NCBI RefSeq assembly: GCF_009914755.1
Contig: NC_060929.1
Strand: one strand, 5' to 3'
Source of the DNA: the human T2T-CHM13v2.0 reference genome, Homo sapiens
Length of the DNA: 64,000 bases
Part shown: positions 26,514-64,000 of the stretch, piece after piece
How the letters are laid out: every line of letters begins with the position of its first letter
How positions within the stretch are numbered: the stretch's first letter is position 1
Translations under genes and position numbers: made by a program
The notes under the pieces: model-generated
Told to the model about the DNA's origin: nothing
Seen by the model: the letters and a program-made list of their open reading frames with translations, nothing else
The model's database searches: none

Positions 26514-27599
26514 TGAATGATCTTGTTACCCCGATAGTGAGCATAGTACTCAATGGTTATTTTTTCAACCTTTAACTCCCTCCCTCCCCCATCTAGTAGT
26601 CCTCAGTATTTATTGTTGCCATCTTTATATCCATGAGTATCCAATGTTTAACTCTCACTTATTAAGTGAGAACATGCAGTATGTTTTGTGTACCTGCATT
26701 AATTCACTTAGGATTATGCCCTGGAGCTGCATCCATGTTACTGCAGAGGACATGATTTCATTCTTTTTATGGCTGCATAGTATTCCAGGGTGTATATGTA
26801 CCACGTTTTCTTTATCTGCTCCACTGCTGATGGGCACCTATGTTGATTCCATGTCTTTGCTACTGTGAACAGTGCTGTGATGAACATATGAGTGCATCTA
26901 TCTTTTTGGTAAAACAGTTTATTTTCTTTTGGATATATACCTAATAATGGGATTGCTGGGTCGAGTGGTAATTCTGTTTTAAGTTATTTAATTACAGGTG
27001 CGCACTACCATGCCTGGCTAATTTTTGCATTTTTAGTAGAGACAGGGTTTCACCATTCTGGCCAGGATGGTCTCAAACTCCTGACCTTGTGATCCCACTG
27101 CCTCAGCAGTGGGATTACAGGCGTGAGCCACCACCTGGAAACATTATTTTTAATCACTGCCAAACATTGTCATTGTCTGAATGTATGGCAAACCTTTCAA
27201 TGCATCTTTGACTATTTCTTTAGGATACACCTCTAGAAGTGAATTACAGAATCAAAGGGTAAGAATTTTAAAGATAACACGCTACATCATCTTAAAGTTG
27301 TACCAATTCATATTCCAATCAGGAAGATGTGAAAGGGCCTGTTTTCTTGAACCCTCCCCAACTCTGCATATTAGCAATTGTGTTGGTCAGAGTTGCACTG
27401 CAGATAACAGAATCCACTCTAGCTGAAAGCAGAGTTATCGCCAGTTATTAGGAAATCATTAGGACATTGGGAGAGGCTGGTCCAAGCTCCCAGGAATAAA
27501 CCCAGAACCATATTGCAAAACTGGTTCACTAAGGGAGCTATCTCTGCCACTGTCTGGAAGCCTGGGAATAAGAAAGTTGTGGCTGGAGGCAGTGGCTCA

Positions 27600-27964
<365 letters not shown>

Positions 27965-28269
27965 TTAAACTAGGAATTGGATCCTGGGTCTTCTACTACA
28001 AGTGCCACAGCAGCTCCAAATGCCTCCGTAACCTGGGTTACTGGCCAAAACAGCATAACTGACAGAATGATGGCTTCTGCTTCATAAATCCAATTTTTAT
28101 TTTTCAAATTTCGTATGAGCACATTGGGGAGTCTGAGCAATGTAGTGTTTTGCTTTCCAGCTTTCAGCAGGCAGTAAGACATGATACACAGTGGCTGGAA
28201 TGGAGCTGAATGAGCCAGTCTGTAGTATCTGCCACAGCCAATTCCTTTGGCAGCATTCACACATTGCTG

Positions 28270-28302
<33 letters not shown>

Positions 28303-28333
28303 AGGCAGAGCCTCACTGTCGCTCAGGATGTAG

Positions 28334-28462
<129 letters not shown>

Positions 28463-28908
28463 TAGTAGAGATGAAGTTTCACCAGGTTGGGCAGGCTGAT
28501 CAATAACCCCTGACCTCAAGTGATCCGCCTGCCTTGGCCTCCCAAAGTGCTGGGGTTACAGGCATAAGCCACTGTGCCAGGCTCATATACAGCCTTCTGC
28601 CAGTAAATCTCCCAAACAAAAATAATAGCAAAACCCAACATACTCTCCTAAGGGACCCATACTTCATACAATTAAAAATGAGCTTATCTCAAAAAGGAGA
28701 CCCAAGTCTCATTGCATCCATCTCTACATGATGTTCATTCCTCTTCTAGTATAATCACATACCCTGTAATCTATAGACTCAATGATAAAGTTTACTACCC
28801 CTCTATATTAAATATCCTGACTTACTCCATATAATGTAGTAGGTGGGCTAGGCACGGTAGCTCATGCCTCTAATCCCAGCACTTTGGGAGGCCGAGGCAG
28901 GCGGATCA

Positions 28909-29250
<342 letters not shown>

Positions 29251-29744
29251 TTAACCAGGGACCACGAAAAGAAGCCAACGACGTCTATAGAAGGCTTTGT
29301 GTCTGGTGACTGGGCTGAAGTTGCTGTAGGTCAACAGAGCTGGAAGCTGGGAATCAAAGCTGAATGTGAAACAGGGGAGAGTGAGGAAAAATTAGAACTG
29401 GAACCCATGAAGGTATATTGGAACCCACATCTTTTTTTCAGCACCTCCAACCTTGATGCCGTGGGTTACTGCAGAAAAAGCCAGTGCCCTCTGCCACAGA
29501 GCTGCACATACACCTGGCCCAGGCCCCAGAGGGCCTGAAAGAGAACATTCGGAGAGGCGAAGCCAGCAAGAGGTGGCACAAGTGAGTCACGGTGGCACCC
29601 GGAGACCTTAGAGACCAAGGTAGGAGGATTGCTTGATGCCATAGTGTTGGGCTATGTCACCCAGGCTGGTCTCAAACACCTGGTCCTCACTCCTCAGTGA
29701 TCCTCCTACCTCAGCCCCACAAGAAGCTGGGATTGCAGATGTCT

Positions 29745-30738
29745 GCAGAGGGGATTTATTGTGGGAATTGGCTCACATGATTATGGAGGCTGAAAAGTCC
29801 CACGATAGGCCATCAGCAAGCTAAAGAACTAGGGAAGGCAGTAGTGAGGCTCAGTTCAAGTGCAAAGGCCTCAGAATCAGGGAAGCGGATGGTGTACCTC
29901 TGTGTTCAAGGCCAAAAGCCTGAGAACCTGGGGGCTGCTGGTACAAGTCCCAGATTCCAAAGGTTATAGAACCTGGGCCAGGCAGGGTGGCTCCTGCCTG
30001 TAATCCCAGCACTTTGGGAGGCCAAGGCAGGCAGATCACTGGAGATCAGGAGTTCAAGCCTGGCCAACATGGCAAAACCCCATTTCTACTAAAAATACAA
30101 AAATTAGCCAGGCATGGTGCTGCGTACTTGCAGTCCCAGCTACTTGGGAGGCTGAGGCAAGAGAATCACTTGAACCTAGGAGGCGGAGGTTGCAGTGAGC
30201 CAAGATCACACCACTATACTCCAGCCTGGGCAACAGAGCAAGACTCCATCTGAAAAAAAAAAAAAAAAAAAAAAAAAAGTCAGAGAACCTGGAGTTCTGA
30301 TGCCCAGGGGCAGGAGAAGTTGGATGTCTCAGCTCCAGAAGAGAAAGAACAAATTCACTTTTTTTTTGGTTTTTTTATTCAATCTGGGGTTCATTTTTGC
30401 TTTTTTATTCAATCTAGGTTTATTCAATCTAGGGGTTCGCTGATCTGGGACCCTCCAGCAAGATGGTATTGGTTTTGGTTTCAGATTTGGTGGAGGTGGT
30501 GATGGTGGTTTCCACTTGGCCTTTTCTACCCTAACAGCGCTCATTCCACAAGTCAGGGAGCCAATGTGGGGATTCAGCTGATTGGATGGTGTTCATCTAC
30601 TTTGGTGAGAATAGATCTTCCACACTCAGTCGACGATTCCAATGCCAATGTATTCTGGAAACACTCTCACAGATACACACAGATGTAACGCTTTACCAGC
30701 TCTCTGGGCATCCTTAATCCAGTCAATTAACCATCACA
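29745..30738 (-). mobile_element. MLT2B-like (HERV-L) LTR, interrupted by an Alu (~29976-30278) and a 125-bp templated insert
   Basis: Minus strand starts TGTGATGGTTAAT...GACTGGATTAAGGATGCCCAGAGAGCTGG; 'ggaattggctcacatgattatggaggctga' is typical of MLT2. Confidence 0.75.
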
Positions 30739-32070
<1,332 letters not shown>

Positions 32071-32085
32071 CTGAAGAAGAAAATT

Positions 32086-32927
32086 TTTTTTTAATTATTA
32101 TTATACGTTAAGTTTTAGGGTACATGTGCACAATGTGCAGGTTAGTTACATATGTATACATGTGCCATGCTGGTGCACTGCACCCACTAACTCGTCATCT
32201 AGCATTAGGCAAATCTCCCACTGCTCTCCCTCCCCCCTCCCCCCACCCCACAACAGTACCCAGAGTGTGATGTTCCCCTTCCTGTGTCCATGTGTTCTCA
32301 TTGTTCAATTCCCACCTATGAGTGAGAACATGCGGTGTTTGGTTTTTTGTTCTTGTGATAGTTTACTGAGAATGATGATTTCCAATTTCATCCATGTCCC
32401 TACAAAGGACATGAACTCATCATTTTTTATGGCTGCATAGTATTCCACGGTGTATATGTGCCACATTTTCTTAATCCAGTCTATCATTGTTGGACATTTG
32501 GCTTGGTTCCAAGTCTTTGCTATTGTGAATAGTGCCGCAATAAACATACGTGTGCATGTGTCTTTATAGCAGCATGATTTATAGTCCTTTGGGTATATAC
32601 CCAGTAATGGGATGGCTGGGTCAAATGATATTTCTAGTTCTAGATCCCTGAGGAATCGCCACACTGACTTCCACAATGGTTGAACTAGCTTACAGTCCCA
32701 CCAACAGTGTAAAAGTGTTCCTATTTCTCCACATCCTCTCCAGCACCTGTTGTTTCCTGACTTTTTAATGATCGCCATTCTAACTAGTGTGAGATGGTAT
32801 CTCATTGTGGTTTTGATTTGCATTTCTCTGATGGCCAGTGATGGTGAGCATTTTTTCATGTGTCTTTTGGCTGCATAAATGTCTTCTTTTGAGAAGTGTC
32901 TCTTCATGTCCTTCGCCCACTTTTTGA
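32086..32927 (-). mobile_element. 5'-truncated young L1PA (L1PA2/3-like) insertion
   Basis: ORF 32305-32907 is an intact ORF2p C-terminus ([27 protein letters not shown]); 15-bp TSD ctgaagaagaaaatt at 32071-32085 and 32928-32942; 3' UTR shows the GAG (non-Ta) diagnostic 'ctaactcgtcatc'. Confidence 0.93.
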
Positions 32928-34830
32928 CTGAAGAAGAAAATTACAAGCTCAGGTTGGCCAATTACCAATTCAGGACCTGGTATGAGTCAGAAGGCCTCTA
33001 TGGTAACACTTAAGGCACCTTCATCAAGAGAGCACACCATGCTGAAGATCACACCCAAGACGTGATAGCAACAGAACTACAAAGAAGCCTGAATCTGCAG
33101 CCTTTGCTACTCTCCTATGCCACCAGAAGGAAGAAAGGGCCCCTTAGACCCGGAATGCTGATATCTAGATAGACCTTATGTGATCTCATTGAAACTCCAG
33201 ATTCCCCTGAACCCGTGGGCCTGCGAGAGTGGCCCATTATCCCTTACTGGTATACAGCAGCATCCCCTTTCTTGAAAAATGTATGTGTTTCAACCAAAGT
33301 GGATGCCTTTCAAAATGATATTTGCCCTCCTCGAGATGGGTTACCACCTCCCCTATGGCTATGAGACCAATAATCAAAGTCAAGTCACAGCGTGGCCTAG
33401 CTGAGGAAGTATAGGACCTGCTAGGGAAGAAAATGGTAGAGCTGCAGGGCCCAGAACAGGGAAAAAAGTACCCACTGGGAATGGATACTAAGGGATGAAG
33501 GGAGAATATAAGACGCAGTAAGGAAGAGCTTGTTGATATGAAGGATCCTTCCATGGCTCAGGATTCAGCACCCTACTGAGGGTTCCTGGTACCAGCCCCA
33601 GTTGTGGTGGCTCCTGGAAGCTTGGAAAAACTGATGGTGCACATAAATAAAGGTGGGGCGTGCTAGAAAGGTGTCAGGGCACAGTGTTGAGGAAGTGGCC
33701 AAAACACTCATTGTGTAAGACCTGAGAACCTACCAGATGAGCAGGCAAAGGAGGGCCGAGAGATTCTCGCTTTTATTAAGTGATATGAAATGAGTTAGTG
33801 AGGGAGCCATTGGCATCACCGAGAAGCTCAGTATTGGCTGTTCTGTGGGGCTAGATGGCAGTTCTTAACTACCAAAGGCAAGGTGGTGGAATGACTCTAA
33901 TGGGCAGCAAGGCTGGAATGGCCACTGGGAGACTTGACTCCCAGGGATCGCTTATAATGACAAATAGGCCCTGGTGTTCCTAGGGACAAGAAAGTGGGCA
34001 GCCAACAAGGAAATGGCAAGTATTTAGATGCTCTGGCAAGATATATGTGCTCCAGAGGGCAAGAAATTAAACCCTGCAAAGGTTCAGAAACCAGCGAAGC
34101 TAGCGAACTGTTCAGGTACCAGTGCGGGATGTGGGAAGATAGGTCAAGTGCATTATTGCATCTGGCAACTCCCACACTAAGAAAGACGCACAAGGCTTGA
34201 TAAAAGCCTCTTGAGTTTTGGATGTTCTGCTCTCAGAAATATTGTTCTGACCCATATATCAGATATCAGGTGACTTGAAAGAATGCCAGGTCTGAGTAGT
34301 GGGCAGGGCCAGAAAGGGCTCTGCAGCAGCTCCAGGCTGCAGCATAACTGGGCCTGCCATCTGGGCCATATGGCCCAACAGATCCCATCATGATAAGGTT
34401 ATTGGTGATAAACACACCATGTGAAGTTTCTGTCAAACCCCTAAACAGAGTTTTGGAGCAAGGGCATTCTATCTGCAATAGAGAACCACTTAAGAAAATG
34501 GGTTTTTGGAGTGCTACTGTGTCCTGGTAGAGACCGAGCATCTGACTGCTGGAATCAAGTGACTGTCAGACCCACTAAATCCTAAGGTTAGGTGGGCACA
34601 GCCTCATTCTACTGTACAGTGGAAGCAGTACGCCCAGGATTGGGCTCAGACAGGCCCAAAGGGCACAAGTAAGTTATATGAATGGGTGGGCCCAGACCCA
34701 TGTCACCTGCCTCCATTGCACTAATCCTTCTCTCTCAGCTTATACCTATGGCCTCATGGGAGCTTCCCTATGCCCAGATGACAGAGGAAGAATCATGGGC
34801 TGGTTCAGAGATGGGCTACGCCATAGATGG
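32928..34830 (+). mobile_element. ERVL-class internal remnant: gag then RT/RNase H region (degenerate)
   Basis: '[12 protein letters not shown]...QKASMVTLK...AEDHTQD' resembles ERVL gag; 'LDALARYMCSRGQEI', 'LLHLATPT', 'ALQQLQAA...GPYGPTDP' resemble ERVL pol. Confidence 0.65.
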
Positions 34831-35017
34831 GGCTATTTTTTGTATAAATAAAATATTTGCATTTAAAATGATGTGAGTTTTAATCCATTGACTTTTATAT
34901 TTTTCCCTCAACTGCTTTAACATTCTGGGGGAAAACTAGGCATCAAAAGCTACTTTAAGGTATAGAAAAGAAGAGATTTGAATAAGGAAGGAAGGACAGG
35001 CATGGTGGCTCACACCT

Positions 35018-37110
<2,093 letters not shown>

Positions 37111-37379
37111 ATGTAGAACCATTTTCAGAAAAACGAGAATTGCTTTCCTTGTATGCGCTTATTATCTTGACTACCTGAATTGCAGGAGATTTTTATATAT
37201 TCACATGTCAAAAGTCAGCAACTTTCCTGTTGGTTCATTGTTGAATGTGCTGTAACTGAAGTGTTTTGCAATTAAGATGAGATTCACCTAGAAAAAAAAA
37301 AGCTACTTAAAAACAGGTACAGGGAGGTGCACGACTTTTCCTTTCGCTTCTGGTTCCGATAGGGCTCAGCACAGCACCG

Positions 37380-37555
37380 AAATTTATTCAAATTTTTGAT
37401 ATTTTGTTATCATGGATTTTTTTGCATTCATTTTGATTTTTAAAACATTGCACTAAAATATTATTTATCCTGGCTACTGATTTTTTGACACCCCCACCCC
37501 GCCCCAGTTTTGTGCCCAAGGTGAGTTCCTTACACATCTTACCCTAATCTCATCT
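37380..37555 (-). mobile_element. MER96B-like hAT DNA transposon fragment
   Basis: 'tttgatattttgttatcatggatttttttgcattcattttgatttttaaaacattgc...aatattatttatc' resembles the MER96B consensus in reverse. Confidence 0.5.
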
Positions 37556-37613
37556 CTGCAGCTCAACTGTACAAAAAAGAAAACAAGAAGAATAATCCAG
37601 AAACATGAGATTG

Positions 37614-38166
37614 TGTCAGAGGCGTGTGACCCAGAACAACTCCATCTTGAATGGGGGCTGGGTAAAATGAGGCTGAAACCTACTGGGCTGCATTCCCAGG
37701 CGGTTAAGGCATTTTAAGTCACAGGATGAGATAGGAGGTCAGCACAAAATACGGGTCATAAAGACCTTGCTGATAAAACAGGTTGCAGTGAAGGAGCCGG
37801 CTAAAACCCACCAAAACCAAGAAGGCCACGAGAGTGACCTCTGGTCGTCCCCACTGCTACACTCCCACCAGCCTCATGACAGTTTACAAATGCCATGGCA
37901 CCATCAGGAAATTACCCTATATGGTCTAAACAGGGGAGGCATGAATAATCCACTCCTTGTTTAGCATATCATCAAGAAATAACCATAAAAATGGGGAACC
38001 TGCAGTCCTCGGGGCTCCCCTGTCTATGGAGTAGCCATTCTCTTATTCCTTTACTTTCTTAATAATTTGCCTTCACTTTGCACCGCGGACTCTCCCTGAA
38101 TTTTTCCTGGCGCACGATCCAAGAACCCTCTACTGGGGTCTAGATCGGGACTCCTTTCCTGTAATA
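37614..38166 (+). mobile_element. MER41A solo LTR (ERV1)
   Basis: Starts TGTCAGAGGCG...CAACTCCATCTTGAAT, ends ...CTTTCCTGTAATA; 553 bp; 4-bp TSD ATTG at 37610-37613 and 38167-38170. Confidence 0.85.
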
Positions 38167-38233
38167 ATTGGGCCGGCTGCAGTCGCTCATGCCTGTAATC
38201 CCAGCACTTCGGGAGGCCCAAGCGGGTAGATCA

Positions 38234-40730
<2,497 letters not shown>

Positions 40731-40864
40731 AGGCCGAATACAGTGGTTCAAACCTGTAATCCCAGCATTTTGAGAGGATGAGGCAGAAAGGATCATTTTG
40801 AGGCCAGAAGTTTAAGACCAGCCTGGGCAACATAGGGAGATCCTGTCTCTACAAAATAAAATAA

Positions 40865-40895
<31 letters not shown>

Positions 40896-42045
40896 ATCTG
40901 GGGGGGAAATAATCAGCCTTTGTAGCCTAGTGTTGCCTCACCAAGTAGGTAAATTTCTCTTGGTAAGGTCCTTTTAAGAATTCTCTAAGCTGGTTACTTC
41001 TGGATATGCCAAATTCTGGAAGTGCAGTCAAGCTCACCACAGTCCTCTCTTTTCTTTGCCAGTACAGGTAGCTCTAGCCAGCCTCTGGACTTCAGACTTT
41101 TCCAGGCAAGAGTTGGGAAGCATTGACCAGGCGTGGTGGCTCACGCCTGTAATCTCAGCACTCTGGGAGGCCGAGGTGCGTGGATCACTTGAGGCCAGGA
41201 GTTCAAGACCAGCCTGGCCAACATGGTGAAACCCTGTCTCTACTAAAAAAACAAAAATTAGCCGGGCATGGTGACGGGCACCTGTAGTCCCAGCTACTTG
41301 GGAGGCTGAGGCAGGAGAATTGCCGGAACCCGGGAGGCAGAGGTTGCAGGTGAGCCGAGATCGTGACACTGCGCTCCAACCTGGGCAACACAGCGAGACT
41401 TCTTCTCAAAAAAGAAAAAAGAAAAAGAGTTGGGAAGTGGACTCTGCACTCCCTTAACTCCAGGAGACACAGGTCACATTTTTCCAGATCTCTCTCAGCA
41501 TCTTTTGCTCCAGTACAGGGCAGCACTGCGGCTAATGGAGACTTCTGACTTGACTTCAGGTCCAGGGTAGGAATAGCCCTGACCTCTAGGCCAGTAACTC
41601 CTTTCAAAGAAATCCTCTGTATCCTCTGATCAGTCTCCTCAATGACTCTCCTGGTTGCTCTTCTCTATAGTCTGGAGATACATAATGAACTATATGCCAT
41701 AGGATGGGTTAGCAACTTCTAGTAGGTTCTGCTTGATTGGTACACTTTAGAAAGAGGGAGACATGTCAGCTATTTTCCTCAGACTGGAGACTGAACTGGG
41801 AGCCGGAGATAATCAGTAAGACCCCATTTAACATTCTGTAGGTTCTCCATGCTACCCATAGAGGGGGCCATACGACGCCGTTCTGGATTCTCATCTTAAC
41901 TTAAAGGGAAATTTCCACAATGTCCAGAGCCTCGATGTCCTGCAAATGAAGGAGGGGAATATCCTCTAGTTTCTTGCAGCAGGAACCCACTTAGGTGGCA
42001 CCAACCTGGTTCCAGTTGGAACAGTATATCTACAAAGGAAAAGTG

Positions 42046-42352
<307 letters not shown>

Positions 42353-42442
42353 AGAAAAGTGACGGCATTTACATCCTAAATCTGAAGAATCTAATTCTGT
42401 TGGCAGCTTGTACCATTGTTGCCATTGAAAACCCTTCTGATT

Positions 42443-43013
<571 letters not shown>

Positions 43014-43439
43014 TAAAACCCTTCTGATGTCAGTCTCATGTCCTCCCGGAATCCTGGCCAGCGGGCTGAGCTGAGCTTTGCTGCTGCCACAGGAGCCACT
43101 CCTATTGCTGGCCACTTCACCCCTGGAACCTTCATTAACCAGGTCCAGGCAGCCTTCTGGGAGCTGCGTCTGTTGGTAGATACTGATCCCAGGGTGGCCA
43201 CTGGCCTCTCACAGCAGCATCTCATGATAACCTACCTACCATACCTCTGTGGAACACAGGTTCTCCTCTGCGCTGTGTGGATATTTCCATCCCATGCAAC
43301 AAGGGAGCTCACTCGGGGGTCTGATGTGGGGAATGCTGGCTCAGGAAGTTCTGCACATGCCTGGCACTGTCTCCTGTGAACACCCATTAGAGATCATGCC
43401 TGATCTCTGCTTCTACAGAGATCCCGAAGAGATGGAAAA

Positions 43440-44347
<908 letters not shown>

Positions 44348-45404
44348 CACAGGCTCTTAAGCAACATGAAAATAAGATTGATGGAAAATAAACTTTAGTT
44401 TCTAAAAATAACAACAGAGGCAGGCAGATCTCACCAGGTGGGTGGATCACTTGAGGTCAGGAGTTTGAAACCAGCCCGACCAACACGGTGAAACTCTGTC
44501 TCTACTAAAAATACAAAAAACTAGCTGGGCGTGATGGCGCCCAAAAGCTGGAACCTAGCTTTTCACAGTGCCCAGAACATAGTATTCATGCAACGCTATG
44601 ATTCCCCACTGGGAAATTGTAGAAGAAACTGCAACTTCAAAACTTAGGTTAAAAAGCAACAGTCTTACTGGGCACAGTGACTCACATCTGTAATCCCAGC
44701 ACTTTGGGAGGTGGGGGGAGCAGATCATCTGAGGTCAAGAGTTCGAAACCAGCCTGGCCAACATGGTGAAACCCCGCCTCTACTAAAACAAAAAAACAAA
44801 ACAACAAAAATAAAAACAAAAACAAAAACACACAACGAAAATTAGCCGGGCGTGGTGGCGGGCGCCTGTAATCCCAGCTACTTAAGAGGCTGAGGCAGGA
44901 GAATCCTTTGAACCCAGGAGGCGGAGGTTGCAGTGAGCCGACATTGCATCACTGTCCTGGGCGACAGAGTGAGACTGAGTCTCAAAAACAAAAACAAAAA
45001 AACGGCAGTCTTAAACTAATGTGTTTGACTAAGATGGATAACAGCGATTGGATTTACACTTCCATTTTAAACAACTAAAAACTTGACAAAATATATGAAA
45101 TAAGCCTTTTCAGACATCACATAGTCAGCACAGGGCAATCACGCTTGAGAGAGGAAACAGATGATTGCCTAGCTGAGTTCTAGGAGCGTTTCCAGGCCAC
45201 AGCAAAGGGAGGCGGGATGTGTGGAGTCTGGTCGTCTCCCTGAGTTGAGGTAGCGTTGGGAGTTTGGGGAGGCCCAGGTGGCTAGCGTTTGCAGGGCAGA
45301 GTACTGGGGAGGAGAGAGTTATACACAGAGAGACCCAGAGAGCTGCAGAAGGCTCCCTTCATGTCTTCAACTGAAGATGAATCAGCAAAGGCTTGTATAG
45401 AGAC

Positions 45405-46285
<881 letters not shown>

Positions 46286-46408
46286 TCAGGCAGAGTGGGA
46301 AAACCTCATCCTGCCCAGGGCATCCAGTAGAGTAGTCAAGAGTTTTTGCCTCAGAAATGGTGAGAAAACTGGCTCTAGATAACAGGCTGCTTTAATTCCA
46401 CCTAATGA

Positions 46409-46612
<204 letters not shown>

Positions 46613-46646
46613 TGAGATTACAGGTATGCACCATATGCTCGGCTAA

Positions 46647-46787
<141 letters not shown>

Positions 46788-47118
46788 TAGTATTTTTAAT
46801 TTATTTTTTAAAGACAGAGTCTCGCTCTGTCACCCAGGCTGGAGTACAGTGGCTTGATCTCGGCTTACTGCAGCCTTGACCTCCTGGACTCAAGAGATCC
46901 TCCTACCTGAGCCTCCAAGTAGCTGGGTAGCTAGAACTCCAGGTGCATGCCACCCCACCTAGCTATTTTTTTTTTTTTTTAATTTTAGTAGAGACAGGGT
47001 CTCACTATATTGCCCAGTCTGGTCTTGAACTTCTGGGCTCATGCTATCCCCCTGCCTTGGCCTCCCAAAGTGCTGAGATTACAGGAGTGAACCACCATGC
47101 TAGACAGTATTTTTTTTA

Positions 47119-47313
<195 letters not shown>

Positions 47314-47316
47314 TCA

Positions 47317-47442
<126 letters not shown>

Positions 47443-47559
47443 TCATCAAGGTAAAACTCACAATACCTGGCATCCTGGCATCCGATCAAAACTTACCTGG
47501 TCGCAAAGAAGGAAAATATGACCCACAAGGAGGATAAAAATCAGTCAATCAAAAGAGAC

Positions 47560-49440
<1,881 letters not shown>

Positions 49441-49489
49441 AACACACACACACACACTCAGATATAACACAAATTATAACACAAATGAT

Positions 49490-54380
<4,891 letters not shown>

Positions 54381-54397
54381 TTATTATTTATTTGTGG

Positions 54398-62920
<8,523 letters not shown>

Positions 62921-62981
62921 ACACAAAAAAAGGCATAACAAATTTAAGTGACTCAAAGCTTTATGTGACACAGGAGCTCTC

Positions 62982-63086
62982 AGAAAGGAACAGTTAAATT
63001 ATAACATGTCCATATTATGCGTTAGTATGTGTCCACAACTAACCCATAATATGGACATGTTATAATTTAACTGTTCATTCCTCTCT
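62982..63086 (-). ncRNA. MIR3912: MIR3912 precursor hairpin
   Basis: 39-bp inverted repeat (62988-63026 / 63038-63076, one mismatch, 11-nt loop); minus strand gives AUGUCCAUAUUAUGGGUUAGU (63038-63058) and UAACGCAUAAUAUGGACAUGU (63004-63024), which match miR-3912-5p/-3p as recalled. Confidence 0.88.
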
Positions 63087-63599
63087 TGATAGACACTGAA
63101 ATCGTCTCTATAATTTTCCTGTAAGAAATAATGCCTTGGGGTGGGGGTGTCTTCCTTTCTGAGGCTATCATTTGTATTCCTCACTTCTTAAATTTGTTTG
63201 ATATGTTGAGGCTTAAAAAAAAAAGATTACGGGTCTTCAGAACGCCCCAATGCCCGCGGGGTGCTGGGGTGCCTCGGAGTTTGTCAAGGTGTAGCTTAAA
63301 ACGTTAATTCCCATGCTCGCTCCCAAATATTCGAATTAAGGCTTCTGTAGTTCTTACAAGTCACCCGCTTTCTTTCAGGAGGAATGTTAAAGATTAAGAG
63401 CGGCAAGAAGTCAGAGTCGGCCCACCCTCCGAGCTCTCTTAGGGCGATGTCCTTGCTAATTTGGAGACTGATTCAGTCCCCTTTTGGCCCCCAAGTTACG
63501 TAAAGATAAGGACTTTGGAGATGTTTTCTCAGGAAGGACAGAGCTGAAAAACAAAGTTCCGTAAGTCTGGCCGGTAACTACATCTTTCCTTCCTAACAA

Positions 63600-64000
63600 A
63601 GAATAAGCCGCAATTCACTCTCTCTGGCACCTGAACTTTGGGGTAACGATTAACTGCGATCCGAAGCCTTCAGGCAAGTAAAAAATTCCTGAAGTGATTA
63701 CGCCTGTTTGGAGGCTTGCAGGGCACTAGGGGATGGGGAAAGGTGAATCGAGGTGCTCTCTGGCTCATTCGCAGCCGGCTAACCCGCCATATCTTACACA
63801 GCTAAGGGCTGCCGACGCCATTTTGCAGGGTGGGCTGCGCAGACTCTTGGCGGGAGGCCGGCGCGCTTGAGCGGGAGAGGACGTGGAAGGGTTGGAGGTG
63901 GGGAGTGCGCGTTACGACTGGAAAGCACGCGTGCGCACAGGCGACAGCAGCGGAGGGGTGGGGCCAGTGTACGAGTGCGCGTGCTCGGTGGGAGCCCGCG
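63600..64000 (+). promoter_or_regulatory. CpG-island promoter, probably the NPM1 upstream promoter (gene lies beyond the window)
   Basis: Sharp CpG enrichment; YY1-type CGCCATTTT 63816-63824; NRF1/E-box-like GCACGCGTGCGCAC ~63925-63938; GC boxes. Gene identity is inferred from MIR3912 adjacency. Confidence 0.75.

Noticed and set aside
29585-29745. Possible 7SL pseudogene or hairpin from inverted Alu-like fragments
   Set aside because: Only degenerate FLAM/FAM-like pieces; no 7SL S-domain recognisable
32305-32907. 200-aa open ORF as a functional CDS
   Set aside because: C-terminal piece of L1 ORF2p in a 5'-truncated insertion with no promoter, endonuclease or RT domain
63640-63830. Minus-strand ATGGCG starts in the CpG island as a divergent coding gene
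   Set aside because: No ORF of 60 aa or more follows; better explained as YY1 motifs

Overview
Human (primate) intergenic DNA, extremely Alu-dense, with no recognisable protein-coding exon; almost all ORFs in the track are Alu/L1 artefacts. A near-perfect hairpin at ~62.98-63.09 kb matches MIR3912 as I recall it, and it is followed by a CpG-island promoter at the window end. This places the window (from recall, needs BLAT confirmation) at 5q35.1 immediately upstream of NPM1 and downstream of TLX3. The window holds several retrocopies: RPL19 (-), BC200/BCYRN1 (+), and RPSA (+). Nested inside the RPSA copy is the most unusual element, a TSD-flanked retrocopy that begins at the 5' end of the H/ACA snoRNA SNORA70, keeps the rest of its host intron and continues through spliced RPL10 exons to a poly(A) tail. 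It looks like a fossil of a snoRNA-capped polyadenylated RNA. Also present: ERVL gag/pol remnants, MLT2, LTR16, MER41A, LTR7-family and MER21 LTRs, L1 fragments, an Alu-Alu recombination duplication, a templated-insertion scar, a telomere-variant repeat, a strong CTCF motif and Alu-free candidate enhancer blocks. Repeat subfamily names come from remembered consensus sequences and are approximate.
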